Below are positions 17,656 through 29,736 of a stretch of DNA of 64,000 nt, piece after piece. The notes beneath the pieces are model-generated. The model ran no database searches and was not told where the DNA came from. It saw nothing but the letters and a program-made list of their open reading frames with translations. The DNA is from Deltaproteobacteria bacterium. GTDB lineage: Bacteria; Desulfobacterota; GWC2-55-46. Position numbers and translations under genes: made by a program. Location of the stretch: positions 24,438 through 88,437 of the forward strand of contig JACRNO010000023.1 in NCBI GenBank assembly GCA_016234855.1, in the 5' to 3' direction. How positions within the stretch are numbered: the stretch's first letter is position 1; every line of letters begins with the position of its first letter.

Positions 17656-20367
17656 CTACCCTACGTATACGCACTTTGAAGCCGCAGTCCTCGTGTCCAT
17701 GTTGCGGCCCCTGTTGATATGGTCGTCTATCTCGGCTGCGCAGCCTATCATCCTGCCGAAGAGGAAGGTCGTGAACGCGGCGGTCTCGACCTCCTTTTCC
17801 GGCATCTTGCCGGACTGGAAGGCGTCCCAGACGATTTTGAGGAGTATGACCGCGATGACCGCGTCGATGTTGACGCAGTAGACGTCCTTTGAGACCTTGG
17901 CCTCGAAGAGCGAGCGGACGAGCTTGTGATAGAACTCGAGGAATACGTTGTATATCCCCTTCTCTTCGAAGAGCGAGTTCACGAACCGCTCGCGCGGGTC
18001 ATAGTTGACCTCCTGGCCCTTGAAGACCGGGTGGTTGACGCACGGCACCTTCATATACTCGATATTGCCGAACGCCTTCTGGTCGGCCTTGTACTTGGCG
18101 TACCACTTCGCGTATTCGTCTGATATCTTCTTGATATCGATGCCGTGGTTCTTATTGGACGGGTCCTTGAGGCCCGACGGCTTGAAGCGCTCGATGAGGA
18201 ACTGGATGGCCTCGTACCCGTTGCCGCCGTGCGCGAACCCGGTGTGAGTGAGGAAGCCGATGAAGGCCTTGTTTATCTGCACCCTTGACGGGTCTTCCGG
18301 GCCGTCGGCGCTTACCCCGCCCTTGCAGCCCTGGGCGGAGATTGTGCCCGGGCCGTTGGAGATGATAAGGCCCAGCAGCATGGAGAATTCGAATAGTTCC
18401 TTTTCCGCCGGACGCCTGCCGATGAGGGCAAGGAAGGCCGTCTCTGTGAAAGACCATGATTTTATGATATCAACGGTCTTGACCCCGCAGAACTCCTTCT
18501 TCGTGTGCTTGTCTGCCGTAACGGCGCAACCGACGAAGGCCGAGAATATGCGCGAGTACCAAGCAAGGTTCGTGACCGTAATCTTGGACACGGCCCTCTT
18601 TATGAGCGGTTCCCACCCAAGGGTCATCCATGCGGCGCCCAGAAGGGCCTGTGAAGACGGCTTGTTGCCTGCGGCCTCCCTGACGAACTCGATGAATACG
18701 GACTTCTTCATAAGCCCGTCAATGGCTTCAAGCATGATTGGCGCAAGCGGGTCGTCCTTGGTCGCGGTCATTGCGGCGCGCGCTTCTTTTGAAAGCCCTG
18801 AGACGAGTTTCTTGGAATCGAACCTGTCCGTGGCGTTTTGAAGGCCGCTGTTTTGGAAAAGCTCAAGTATCGTCTCGGCGGTCTGCAACGCGCCGGCCAC
18901 GCGCTTCCTGCCGATGATGGCGACGGCGGAAGACAGAACCGTGTTCGGAGAGCTTTCCGCTTCGCGCGCCGCGTCCGCCGCGCCGAGCGCAGGGTCGTCG
19001 TGATGATTGACATAGGCGTTGAATACGATATTACAAAGGTCGCGCTCGTAGTCGGTCGGGTATCTCTTGAGAAGAGACATGTAGAGGTTCTCTTCAAGCG
19101 TGCGCCTTGACGCGTCGAGAATGGAAATGTTGTTGACGCGCGTTATCTGCGAGACCGGGTCCATCAGGGAGACGCCGGAGGCGTCCTTCATGGCCTGGCG
19201 CGGGAACTGCGCCCCCACCTGCTTGTTTATGTGGTCTATCTGCTCGTCGTAAGGAGAGACGGCCTTAACGGCCTTCACGTCAAGGCTGGCCGGCAGTTTT
19301 ACGCCGGCGTCGCTGGCAAGCCAGCACTTGAGCGAGAGGTCACCCTTGGACTCGAAGTCGGGCTTGATGCCGTTAAGCTCCATGACTTTGGTAAGGGCCT
19401 CAGGGATGTCGGCGATATTCGTAACGACCGCGCCCTTTTTGGAGAATATCGGCGTCTGCGGCGTATAGATGCCCTTTACGCCGAAGTAATCCATATACCA
19501 CTTCTCTTTGGCGATTGCGTCGTCACCTGAGCCGGCAAGGCTGCCAGCGTGGCCGCATGCCTTCGTAAGGCGCGCCTTCCACCTGCCCACGACGCAGGCC
19601 ACCGTGGGTTTGTTGATTTCAAGGCCAGCCTCGTAATATCCGCCCGGCTCGGTGTAGATGACGGCGGCCTTCGACCTGTCGTCGTTATCAAGGGCGTAGA
19701 AGAACTCCTTGGGCGCGTAGTGTATATAGACGTCCTTGCCGCTGGATATGGACGTCGTTGTGCCCCAGCCGTTGGTGGCGAGGTAGACGGCGATGGTGGT
19801 GGTGAAGTTGCCGGAATTGGAGAAGATGGCGACCGAGCCTTTTACGAGCGATTCTTCGGGCTTGTTGCCGCCCAGCGCGCCGCCTATCCTGACCTTGTTC
19901 CACGCGTCGGCAACTCCGAGGCAGTTGCCTCCAAAGACGTCTATGCCGTTGGTCTGGCAGATCGCCCTTATGACGCGCGCGTCTGCAACCGATATCTTCT
20001 CGGTGAGGATGATAATCTTACGGAGACCCAGGTTGTATTTGATGGCCTCTGCAACGCCGTCCCTTACGCCTGACGGGGGCAGATAGATGACCGCGGTATT
20101 GAACTTGAGTCCTGCCGCGATACCGTCCTTTATCGAGTCGTATACCGGGATGTTGCCGAGCTTGGTCTCCAGGAACTGTCCCGACTTGCCCGGGCCGGTG
20201 CCGAAGACGACGTTGCCGCCGGAATAGACGTGGCTTACCGGGGTAACGGTTTTGCTCTCGGTGCCGAGTATATTGAGGACGCACACCCTGTCTTCCCGGA
20301 TGGCTATCTCAGCCAGGGACTTGATACCGACGTAGTATGGGAACTTCTTGACGCCTTCTTTGTGCAT
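17656..20367 (-). CDS. aclA: ATP-citrate lyase alpha subunit, long form (CoA-binding/CoA-ligase domains plus citrate-synthase-like domain)
   Basis: 903 aa. N-terminal succinyl-CoA-synthetase-alpha-like region (GTGPGKSGQF..., NCLGV). C-terminal citrate-synthase-like region (...GFAHGGNGYEAIQFL...HPVFKGQ...). Adjacent to the ATP-grasp beta subunit. Confidence 0.85.
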   Translation of the reverse strand: MHKEGVKKFPYYVGIKSLAEIAIREDRVCVLNILGTESKTVTPVSHVYSGGNVVFGTGPGKSGQFLETKLGNIPVYDSIKDGIAAGLKFNTAVIYLPPSGVRDGVAEAIKYNLGLRKIIILTEKISVADARVIRAICQTNGIDVFGGNCLGVADAWNKVRIGGALGGNKPEESLVKGSVAIFSNSGNFTTTIAVYLATNGWGTTTSISSGKDVYIHYAPKEFFYALDNDDRSKAAVIYTEPGGYYEAGLEINKPTVACVVGRWKARLTKACGHAGSLAGSGDDAIAKEKWYMDYFGVKGIYTPQTPIFSKKGAVVTNIADIPEALTKVMELNGIKPDFESKGDLSLKCWLASDAGVKLPASLDVKAVKAVSPYDEQIDHINKQVGAQFPRQAMKDASGVSLMDPVSQITRVNNISILDASRRTLEENLYMSLLKRYPTDYERDLCNIVFNAYVNHHDDPALGAADAAREAESSPNTVLSSAVAIIGRKRVAGALQTAETILELFQNSGLQNATDRFDSKKLVSGLSKEARAAMTATKDDPLAPIMLEAIDGLMKKSVFIEFVREAAGNKPSSQALLGAAWMTLGWEPLIKRAVSKITVTNLAWYSRIFSAFVGCAVTADKHTKKEFCGVKTVDIIKSWSFTETAFLALIGRRPAEKELFEFSMLLGLIISNGPGTISAQGCKGGVSADGPEDPSRVQINKAFIGFLTHTGFAHGGNGYEAIQFLIERFKPSGLKDPSNKNHGIDIKKISDEYAKWYAKYKADQKAFGNIEYMKVPCVNHPVFKGQEVNYDPRERFVNSLFEEKGIYNVFLEFYHKLVRSLFEAKVSKDVYCVNIDAVIAVILLKIVWDAFQSGKMPEKEVETAAFTTFLFGRMIGCAAEIDDHINRGRNMDTRTAASKCVYVG

Positions 20368-20400
20368 AATGGCCTCGCGTGTTTGTCGTTAGAGCAGGCT

Positions 20401-20535
20401 GCTGAAAAAGTTCCATCTGCGTCGTTGTCCGACCCGCGCCACTTGGCGCGGGTACCCCGGTTCGTCACTGCGACGTAGAGAAACTACGTCTCATTCCTCA
20501 CTCCTCGACGCCTAGCATATGGAACTTTTTGAGCA
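20401..20535. repeat. MITE-like palindromic element, family C copy 2, bounded by 12-bp terminal inverted repeats aaaaagttccat / atggaacttttt
   Basis: Lies in the aclB-aclA intergenic spacer. Contains hairpins ccgcgcc-actt-ggcgcgg and gacgtag-agaaa-ctacgtc. Homologous to 11027-11245. Confidence 0.6.
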
Positions 20536-20590
20536 GCCTGAACAAGTTTTGAGTTTTGCGGCAACTTGTCAGTCTGCGGCGTGCGTGAGT

Positions 20591-21862
20591 CTACTTGCCC
20601 TCCATGCGGGCGGCTACGAGCTTTCTGCCTTCCTTCTCCATCCACTTGTCCACGTTGAGCGCGTAGTTGACGACCTCGCTCATGGCGCTGTCGTGGCCGA
20701 ATATCCGGTACGGCAGCTTCAGGTTGTCGAGGGTATCGCGCATATAGGCCAGGCCCCTTATGAGGTTCGGGCCTCCCCTGCCGACCACGATGAAGAGCGG
20801 CGTTGCCCCCTTGGTGTTGAAGTAATCGCGAAGCGCGTCGGCCATAGCCCTGAACGTCTCGTAGATATCGGTGTTGTTGGCCTTGCCGCCGATGATGAAG
20901 AGGACGTTCGACTGCTTGAGCCAGTACTTGAAGACGATGCGGGAAATCTGGAACATCTTCTCGTACGGCGGGTTGCCGCCGAAATCGGACGAGATGGTTG
21001 CGCGCTCGCCGAGAAGCTCGGTCACCAGGGCGTTAGCCCCGCCGCCGAAGGTCGGCGCGGTGATGGTGCCGCGCGGGTTCATGACGAATACGTCGCTCTG
21101 CCCCTGATAGGTGCGAAGCTGGTTTATCTCCTGCTCGAACTCGGAATAGTCGGACGCAAATAGGTGCTGCGGCAGCTCAAGCCTCTTCCATGCCGGGTTG
21201 TCTATGTCGAAGGAGCACTTGAAGTCGCACGCAACCGGCAGGAGCCTGCCGTTCTTGTTCTGCGACATGCGTATCGGGTTGATCTCGATCATGTTGAGGC
21301 CGTAGTTGTTGTAGAGCGTCCAGAGCTTCGGCAGGTTCTGCACGAGCGGGCTTATGATATCCGCAGGCGCGCCGAGTTCCGTAAGCGCATTGGAGACGTG
21401 GTAGCTCTTGAGGCCAGTGAGCGGGTCAAACGGCACCACGCGTATCTTGTCAGCAGGCAGTTCCTCGATATCCATGCCGCCGTGATGGGTAATCGTCATT
21501 ATGGGCGCGCGATGTACTGTCGACTCGCTTATGGAAAAGTAGACCTCGTGCTCGGCGCTCACTCCGCCCTCGAACGTCACCCCGTCGGCCTTTACAACCG
21601 CGTTGCCGAAGGTGTGCTCGACAAAGTAGAGGCGCTCCTTTTCCTTAAGCGCCGTGCCGATCTCCTTTGCCCTGCCAAGGAGACCCGCCTTGCCCTTCTT
21701 GCCGACCCCGCCCTTGAATATGGGCTTTACGAATACCTGGCCGCACTTCTTGATAAGCGCCTTGATATCGTCGACGCTCGCCTCCGGCCCAAGCACCTCC
21801 GCGCACGGGAATTCCACGCGATTCAGGAGCTTTCTGCCCCATAGCAGGCCTGTAAGCTGCAT
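20591..21862 (-). CDS. aclB: ATP-citrate lyase beta subunit (ATP-grasp, succinyl-CoA synthetase beta-like)
   Basis: 423 aa with an ATP-grasp fold. Reads ...VFVKPIFKGGVGKKGKAGLL...MIEINPI.... It is immediately upstream of aclA on the same strand. Confidence 0.85.
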   Translation of the reverse strand: MQLTGLLWGRKLLNRVEFPCAEVLGPEASVDDIKALIKKCGQVFVKPIFKGGVGKKGKAGLLGRAKEIGTALKEKERLYFVEHTFGNAVVKADGVTFEGGVSAEHEVYFSISESTVHRAPIMTITHHGGMDIEELPADKIRVVPFDPLTGLKSYHVSNALTELGAPADIISPLVQNLPKLWTLYNNYGLNMIEINPIRMSQNKNGRLLPVACDFKCSFDIDNPAWKRLELPQHLFASDYSEFEQEINQLRTYQGQSDVFVMNPRGTITAPTFGGGANALVTELLGERATISSDFGGNPPYEKMFQISRIVFKYWLKQSNVLFIIGGKANNTDIYETFRAMADALRDYFNTKGATPLFIVVGRGGPNLIRGLAYMRDTLDNLKLPYRIFGHDSAMSEVVNYALNVDKWMEKEGRKLVAARMEGK

Positions 21863-21945
21863 AACTACCCCCGTTGTTTAATTTAGCAACAAAAACAAGA
21901 TGTTTGATGCGTTATATGCCACGCATTCTTATGTGCGTCAGGCGC

Positions 21946-21991
21946 GGTGATTAGTGAATAGTGTTTAGTGATTAGTAACCACTAATCACCG
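21946..21991. promoter_or_regulatory. Inverted/direct repeat ggtgattagtg...gtgattagtaa...cactaatcacc between the icd 3' end and the aclB start (candidate operator)
   Basis: 11-bp perfect inverted-repeat arms with an internal direct repeat. No downstream U-tract, so it is not a canonical terminator. Confidence 0.3.
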
Positions 21992-21994
21992 TCT

Positions 21995-24265
<2,271 letters not shown>

Positions 24266-24621
24266 CTACCAGCTGAAAAGCACGGCTTGCCCGGCCATAT
24301 CTACAGCGCATTTTGAGAGGGTATAAACTAACCAAAAAACACCGTTTTGTCAAGCATTTTAACTTGTTGGCCCCCGGGTTGGGCGCGGCAGGCAAAAAAA
24401 ACCGTCTGTGCAAGAAATAGCGGATATGTACCCGCTAACTTGCCCAGACGGTCGACCTGTTCTCTTATACTCTCCGCTTCCCGGTGGTTGACCACCTTGA
24501 TTCCGTCAGTCGCGAAGATTGGGACTTTCGTCTATGGTTTCAAAGCGCGGTAATAATATGACAGCGGCCATTTTTTGTCAAGCAATTTTTATCGGTTGAG
24601 GCGCGGATAAGGCGGCCTGAA

Positions 24622-25644
24622 CTATTGCGCCTTTGGGGCGGCCGTCTCCCCGATATTGATGCCCGACGAGGCGCGCACCTTGCCGTTCGCGTCGACTATG
24701 ATGGCCTCTATGCCGTTCAGCCGCTCCACGAGCCGCATCCCCTCGACAGGCCCGAGGACGAAGATTGCGGTGGAAAAGGCGTCAGTCGTCATTGTGTCGC
24801 GCGCCAGTATGGTGACGCTCCTGCTCTCGCGTGCCGGTTGGCCCGTCCTGACGTCGATGATATGATGATAGAGAACGCCGTCCTTGATAAAAAAGCGCTC
24901 ATAGTCGCCGGATGTGGATATGGAGATATCGGTCAGCCTGAGCTTTGCGATAAAGGCGTCTTTCAATCGCGGGTTCTTTATGCCTATTTCCCACGGCCCG
25001 GTGTCCGAGACCCCCTGTACCCGCATGTCGCCGCCCGCCTTCACGATGGCGTTCTTGATGCCCAGCCGGTTGAGCGTTTCCATGGCCTTGTCAACTGCGT
25101 AGCCCTTGGCTATCCCGCCGAGGCCTATCGACATGCCCGCGTCCTTGAGAAAGACCGTCTTCTTCCCGGGGTCGAGCACGACCTTGTTGAAGTTTATCAA
25201 TGCGACCGCCTTCTTCAACTCCGCGTCCGTGGGGATGCGCTCATGTCCGGGCGCGAAGTCCCACAGGCCGCGCAAGGCTGCCCAGCTTATATCAAATGCG
25301 CCTTTGGTGACCTCGGAGGTAAGTTGCGCCGCGAAGATGACCTTGAAAAGCTCATCCGGCACCGCCACAGGCCCCTTGCCCGCGTTCCTGTTTATGAGCG
25401 AGACCGGGCTCGTCTCCTTCCACTCGCTCATCATCTCCTCTATACGGGTCATCTCGGCCACTACCGCTGCAAAGGCCGGGTCAATTGAGGCGGTGTCCGT
25501 GACGTTGAACGTCACCTCAAGCTCCGTGCCCATGACGACGCCGCTTTTCTTCACTATGGTTGCCGAGGCCGGACTCGCCATGAATGCGCTTAGCAGGACG
25601 GCGCAGATAAGGACGACATGGAAGTTTCTTTTCAGGCTCTTCAT
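24622..25644 (-). CDS. apbE: FAD:protein FMN transferase ApbE
   Basis: 340 aa with signal peptide. Reads ...GGIAKGYAVD... and ...SGDYERFF..., the ApbE motifs. Confidence 0.85.
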   Translation of the reverse strand: MKSLKRNFHVVLICAVLLSAFMASPASATIVKKSGVVMGTELEVTFNVTDTASIDPAFAAVVAEMTRIEEMMSEWKETSPVSLINRNAGKGPVAVPDELFKVIFAAQLTSEVTKGAFDISWAALRGLWDFAPGHERIPTDAELKKAVALINFNKVVLDPGKKTVFLKDAGMSIGLGGIAKGYAVDKAMETLNRLGIKNAIVKAGGDMRVQGVSDTGPWEIGIKNPRLKDAFIAKLRLTDISISTSGDYERFFIKDGVLYHHIIDVRTGQPARESRSVTILARDTMTTDAFSTAIFVLGPVEGMRLVERLNGIEAIIVDANGKVRASSGINIGETAAPKAQ

Positions 25645-25738
25645 TCAGGGATAATACCAGAACTTCCGCGCCTGATACAGAAAAATCAGGTTTAATTAGT
25701 TAGTGGATTTAACCGCCATACAGGGTTAAAATCTCCCC

Positions 25739-27787
25739 ATGAGCTTCGGCCTTTACGTTATCATACTGACATACACGATGGCGCTCCTCGGCATTGCGGC
25801 CACTGCCCTCGTAGAGACCATCTCCCCTGCCTTCGTCGTCTTCCTCGGCATTGCCGCCGTCGCGTCCCTCTTCGTCAACCTGCGCAGGCTCCGGCTTGTG
25901 CCGGCATGGGTATGGAACATTATCGCGTTCGCGATATTCGTCTTTTTTATCGCTGACTACGCTATCCTGTCAAGGAATCTGCTCGTCTCCGCGTCGAGGT
26001 TCCTCGCCGTCCTCATGGTCTCAAAGCTCTTCGACCTTAAAACAAACAGGGATTATATCATCACCTACGCGCTCGTATTCTTCCAGATACTCGCCGCGGC
26101 AGCCTCCACCGTCTCCATCTCATTTCTCGGCATACTCGTCCTCTTTCTCGTATCCGGCATCTGGGCGATGATAATCCTGAATATCAGGCGGGACTGGGCC
26201 GTCTCAAGCCCTCTGAGCGACGAGCCTCCCGGCAGGGTCTTCGGCCCGCGTTTCCTCGCCTTCGTCATTGCCTCGGCTGCCGCCGCCCTGGTCATTACCG
26301 TCGTCCTCTTCTTCGCAATGCCGCGCGCGGGTCTGGGCTTTCTTGAGAGAAAGACCGCCAATACGGTCAAGGTCACGGGCTTTTCAGATACGGTCGACCT
26401 GGGCGAGCTCGGAGAGGTCAAGACCGACCGCACCGTCGTCATGCGCGTTGGCATAAGGGGCGGACGTCCGAACGTGCTGATACACTTTCGCGGGGCCGCG
26501 CTCGACCACTACGACGGGGCACGGTGGACCCGGCGCGTTAAAAAGACCGCGCAGGCGCCGAGGAGCGGGTCAGGCAGGTTCATAATCGGCTCGAGCGAAG
26601 AGCGCCTGCTCGAACAGGAGATACTGCTTGAGCCGCTCGACGCGGACGTCCTTATAGCGGCCTCGAACGTCATGTTCATAGACGGGAAATTTAATTCCCT
26701 GCGCGTCGACCCGTCAGGCACCCTCTATCTGCCAACGCCGCCGTATTCAAGGCTGGAGTATGTCGCATGGTCGGACATACTGAATCCGAGGGCCGCGCCG
26801 GACAGCGCGCTTGTCTTCGACGAATATAAGGAGACCTCTTTTCTCGACACAGACCCTTCCGGCCCGGGCATCAGGGCGCTTACGGCGGAGGTGACAAAAG
26901 GGGCAAGGGACGAACGCGCGGCCGCAACTGCTATTGAGGTCTATCTGAAGAACACATACGAGTACAGCCTCGACCCGCCGCATACCGAGGGCAAGACCCC
27001 GCTCGAGGACTTTCTCTTCTACTCGAAAAAAGGCTATTGCGAGCACTATGCAACGGCTATGACCGTGATGCTGCGCGCCGCAGGCATCCCATCCCGCCTC
27101 GTGACCGGTTTTCTGGAGGGCGAATGGAACGGTCTGGGCAATTACTACATCGTGAAACAGGAGAACGCCCACAGTTGGGTGGAGGCCTATATCAAAGGCC
27201 GCGGCTGGACGACCTTCGACCCGACGCCTGGCGAGGGGCTCGGCTCAATCAAGATACCGTCCACCCTCTCGCTCTACATCGACCTTATAAGATGGAAGTG
27301 GAACCGCAACATAATCCACTTCACCTTGATGGACCAGTTCAAGATGGCCGCAGGCATAGAGCGGGGCCTGCATTCATACATCGGCGCGTTGAAGAAGGCC
27401 TTTTCATGGGAGAAGAACACGACAACGGACGGGCGCTGGATGTTGCCGAAGGCCGTGCTCACATCCGGCATACTCGTCATAATCATTGCGGCGGTTGTAA
27501 TCATCATGCGGATGCGCTCAACAGCGCATGGCCGCGCCGACGGGCGGAAGACCCCGCGATTCTACGTCGAGATGATGCGGCTCCTTAAAAGGCGCGGCAT
27601 AGAGCGCATGCCCGGCGAGACGCCCGCGGAGTTCGCAAGACGCCTCGATATCCCAGCCGTCTACGCGATAACGGCCAGCCATGAGGCAAGGAGATATGGA
27701 GAGAGAGAGCTTACCCGCGCCGAGTTGGAGAAGCTTGAAAGAGACCTGAGAGAGATTAAGAAGACGGATGAGACGCAGGGAGAGTAG
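25739..27787 (+). CDS. Transglutaminase-like membrane protein (TgpA-like: DUF3488 TM region, transglutaminase core, DUF4129)
   Basis: 682 aa with multiple N-terminal TM helices. The transglutaminase core reads KKGYCEHYATAMTVMLRAAGIPSRLVTGF...HSWVEAYI...DPT. Confidence 0.8.
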   Translation: MSFGLYVIILTYTMALLGIAATALVETISPAFVVFLGIAAVASLFVNLRRLRLVPAWVWNIIAFAIFVFFIADYAILSRNLLVSASRFLAVLMVSKLFDLKTNRDYIITYALVFFQILAAAASTVSISFLGILVLFLVSGIWAMIILNIRRDWAVSSPLSDEPPGRVFGPRFLAFVIASAAAALVITVVLFFAMPRAGLGFLERKTANTVKVTGFSDTVDLGELGEVKTDRTVVMRVGIRGGRPNVLIHFRGAALDHYDGARWTRRVKKTAQAPRSGSGRFIIGSSEERLLEQEILLEPLDADVLIAASNVMFIDGKFNSLRVDPSGTLYLPTPPYSRLEYVAWSDILNPRAAPDSALVFDEYKETSFLDTDPSGPGIRALTAEVTKGARDERAAATAIEVYLKNTYEYSLDPPHTEGKTPLEDFLFYSKKGYCEHYATAMTVMLRAAGIPSRLVTGFLEGEWNGLGNYYIVKQENAHSWVEAYIKGRGWTTFDPTPGEGLGSIKIPSTLSLYIDLIRWKWNRNIIHFTLMDQFKMAAGIERGLHSYIGALKKAFSWEKNTTTDGRWMLPKAVLTSGILVIIIAAVVIIMRMRSTAHGRADGRKTPRFYVEMMRLLKRRGIERMPGETPAEFARRLDIPAVYAITASHEARRYGERELTRAELEKLERDLREIKKTDETQGE

Positions 27788-27828
27788 CGGGGGCCGAGGG
27801 GGCGGTTGTTTGTATTTCGCGGGTCAGG

Positions 27829-27858
27829 TTGACAATATTTGTTGGATTGGTGTATTTT
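27829..27858 (+). promoter_or_regulatory. Putative sigma-70 promoter for the MCP gene (TTGACA, about 18 nt, TATTTT), followed by a tandem cgaataat x2
   Basis: ttgacaatatttgttggattggtgtatttt was read directly from the sequence. Confidence 0.35.
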
Positions 27859-27968
27859 AAATGAAAAACGGATGCACTTTCCGATTCTAATCTTCCTTTA
27901 ATCTTACGGTGGTAGTCTCAATAGTATCGAATAATCGAATAATCGCAATTATCAAACGGAGACCTTGC

Positions 27969-29657
27969 ATGTTGGATAATATCAAGATAGGCACACGCAT
28001 GTTGCTGGGTTTTGGTTTAGTTATCCTTTTGCTTGCGGCGGTAGGCATTTGTGGGTTGTGGGGCACAAGGGAGTTCGGGGCGGTGCTGAAAAAGGTCCTG
28101 AGCGTTGAGGGCAACATATCGGAATACGCCTCTAAGGCACAGGCCAACACCCTCGGGATGCGCAGGTTTGAAAAAGACTCCATCATCAACATAGGCGCGC
28201 CTGAGAAACAGGTGAGTTACCAGAATAAATGGCTGGAAGAGGAGTCGCAGCTCGTATCCGACCTTGCCAGGCTCAGGGAGCTTGCCGAGACGGCAGACGA
28301 CAGAGAGGCCGTAAAGACGATGGATGCGAACCTCAAGGCATACTCCGCCGGGTTCGCCGAGGTCTCGGCCGGACTGCGCGCCGGAACCTTTAAGACGCCA
28401 CAGGAGGCTAACGCGGCGATAAACAAATACAAGGAACCGATTCACAAGCTTGAAGACACGGCCGAGAAGCTCGCCGTCAGCGCAGCCAAGCGGATGGAGA
28501 ACGAAGAGAGGACCACCGAGGCGTTCGTCGGCAGGGTCGCGGCCATTATTATCGTACTGACCATCGCCGCGCTCGGCGCGGCCATTGCAACGAGTTATTT
28601 CACGACGCGGCGCATAACGCGCCCGCTTGCGGACGGCGTAGAGATGACAGGAATGATAGCCCGCGGCGACCTGACGGCCAGCGACCTACGCATTCACTCT
28701 AACGACGAGGTCGGTTTTCTGGCATCCACGCTGAACGCAATGAAGCAGTCCTTATCCGGCATGATAGGCTCCATCATCACCACGTCCGGGCAGGTGGCCT
28801 CGGCTTCGGAGGAATTATCCGCCACGGTCTCACAGATCAGCGCACGCGTGGAAGAACAGTCAGCAAAGGCCCAGCAGGTGGCAACGAGCGCCTCGCAGAT
28901 GTCCTCGACGATAACGGAGATAGCAAAAAACGCGGCAAATATCGCCGAATCCGCAAGGACGACTGCGGACGTGGCCAAAGAAGGCTCCGGCGTGGTCAAC
29001 AAGACCGTCTCGGAGGTTCAGGCCATCGCCGAGATGGTTACGCACTCCTCGCGCATGATAACGTCGCTCGGGGAGCGCTCAAGGCAGATAGGAGAGATAG
29101 TCGTGGTCATAAACGAGATTGCCGACCAGACCAACCTGCTCGCCCTTAACGCCGCCATAGAGGCGGCGCGCGCGGGAGAGCACGGCCGCGGCTTTGCCGT
29201 TGTCGCGGACGAGGTAAAGAAACTCGCCGAGAGGACGACCGTCTCGACAAAGGAGATCGGCGCAATGATAGCGGACATCCAGCACGAGACCACCGGCGCG
29301 ATAAAATCGATGAACGAGAGTCTCGTGCGCGTCGAGACCGGGGTTGGCCTCTCCTCCCAGGCTGGCAAATCCCTCGCAAAGATAGTCGAGAGCGTCGGCG
29401 CGCTTCAGACGATGGTCGAGCATATCGCGGCGTCCACCGAGGAGATGAGCGCGACTTCGGGCGAGATAAGCGATTACATCGAGGTCATAGCCGATATATC
29501 AAAGGAGACATCCACGTCCTCCGGTCACATTTCCGCCGCGTCCGACGAGCTTTCAGGGCTTTCCATAGACCTCAAGCTCATGGCGGAGAAATTCAAGATA
29601 TCCGGCTCCAACACGGCCCGCGTCCTGAGCATCGAGGGCGGCCGCAAGAACGGTTGA
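27969..29657 (+). CDS. Methyl-accepting chemotaxis protein (4HB sensor, HAMP, MA domain)
   Basis: Start [13 protein letters not shown] follows a GGAGA RBS. Two TM helices, a HAMP domain, and a conserved signalling domain (...[31 protein letters not shown]...). Confidence 0.9.
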   Translation: MLDNIKIGTRMLLGFGLVILLLAAVGICGLWGTREFGAVLKKVLSVEGNISEYASKAQANTLGMRRFEKDSIINIGAPEKQVSYQNKWLEEESQLVSDLARLRELAETADDREAVKTMDANLKAYSAGFAEVSAGLRAGTFKTPQEANAAINKYKEPIHKLEDTAEKLAVSAAKRMENEERTTEAFVGRVAAIIIVLTIAALGAAIATSYFTTRRITRPLADGVEMTGMIARGDLTASDLRIHSNDEVGFLASTLNAMKQSLSGMIGSIITTSGQVASASEELSATVSQISARVEEQSAKAQQVATSASQMSSTITEIAKNAANIAESARTTADVAKEGSGVVNKTVSEVQAIAEMVTHSSRMITSLGERSRQIGEIVVVINEIADQTNLLALNAAIEAARAGEHGRGFAVVADEVKKLAERTTVSTKEIGAMIADIQHETTGAIKSMNESLVRVETGVGLSSQAGKSLAKIVESVGALQTMVEHIAASTEEMSATSGEISDYIEVIADISKETSTSSGHISAASDELSGLSIDLKLMAEKFKISGSNTARVLSIEGGRKNG

Positions 29658-29667
29658 CAAAAGTCCC

Positions 29668-29730
29668 GTAAGGTCAGGTTGCGTTTTTTTATCGTACTCA
29701 CGCGGAGCATGGGAACGATAAAAAAACCGG
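29668..29730. terminator. Bidirectional hairpin terminator between the convergent MCP and OMP genes
   Basis: Stem gcgtttttttatcgt...acgataaaaaaaccgg, with A/T runs on both sides. Confidence 0.55.
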
Positions 29731-29736
29731 GCTGAA

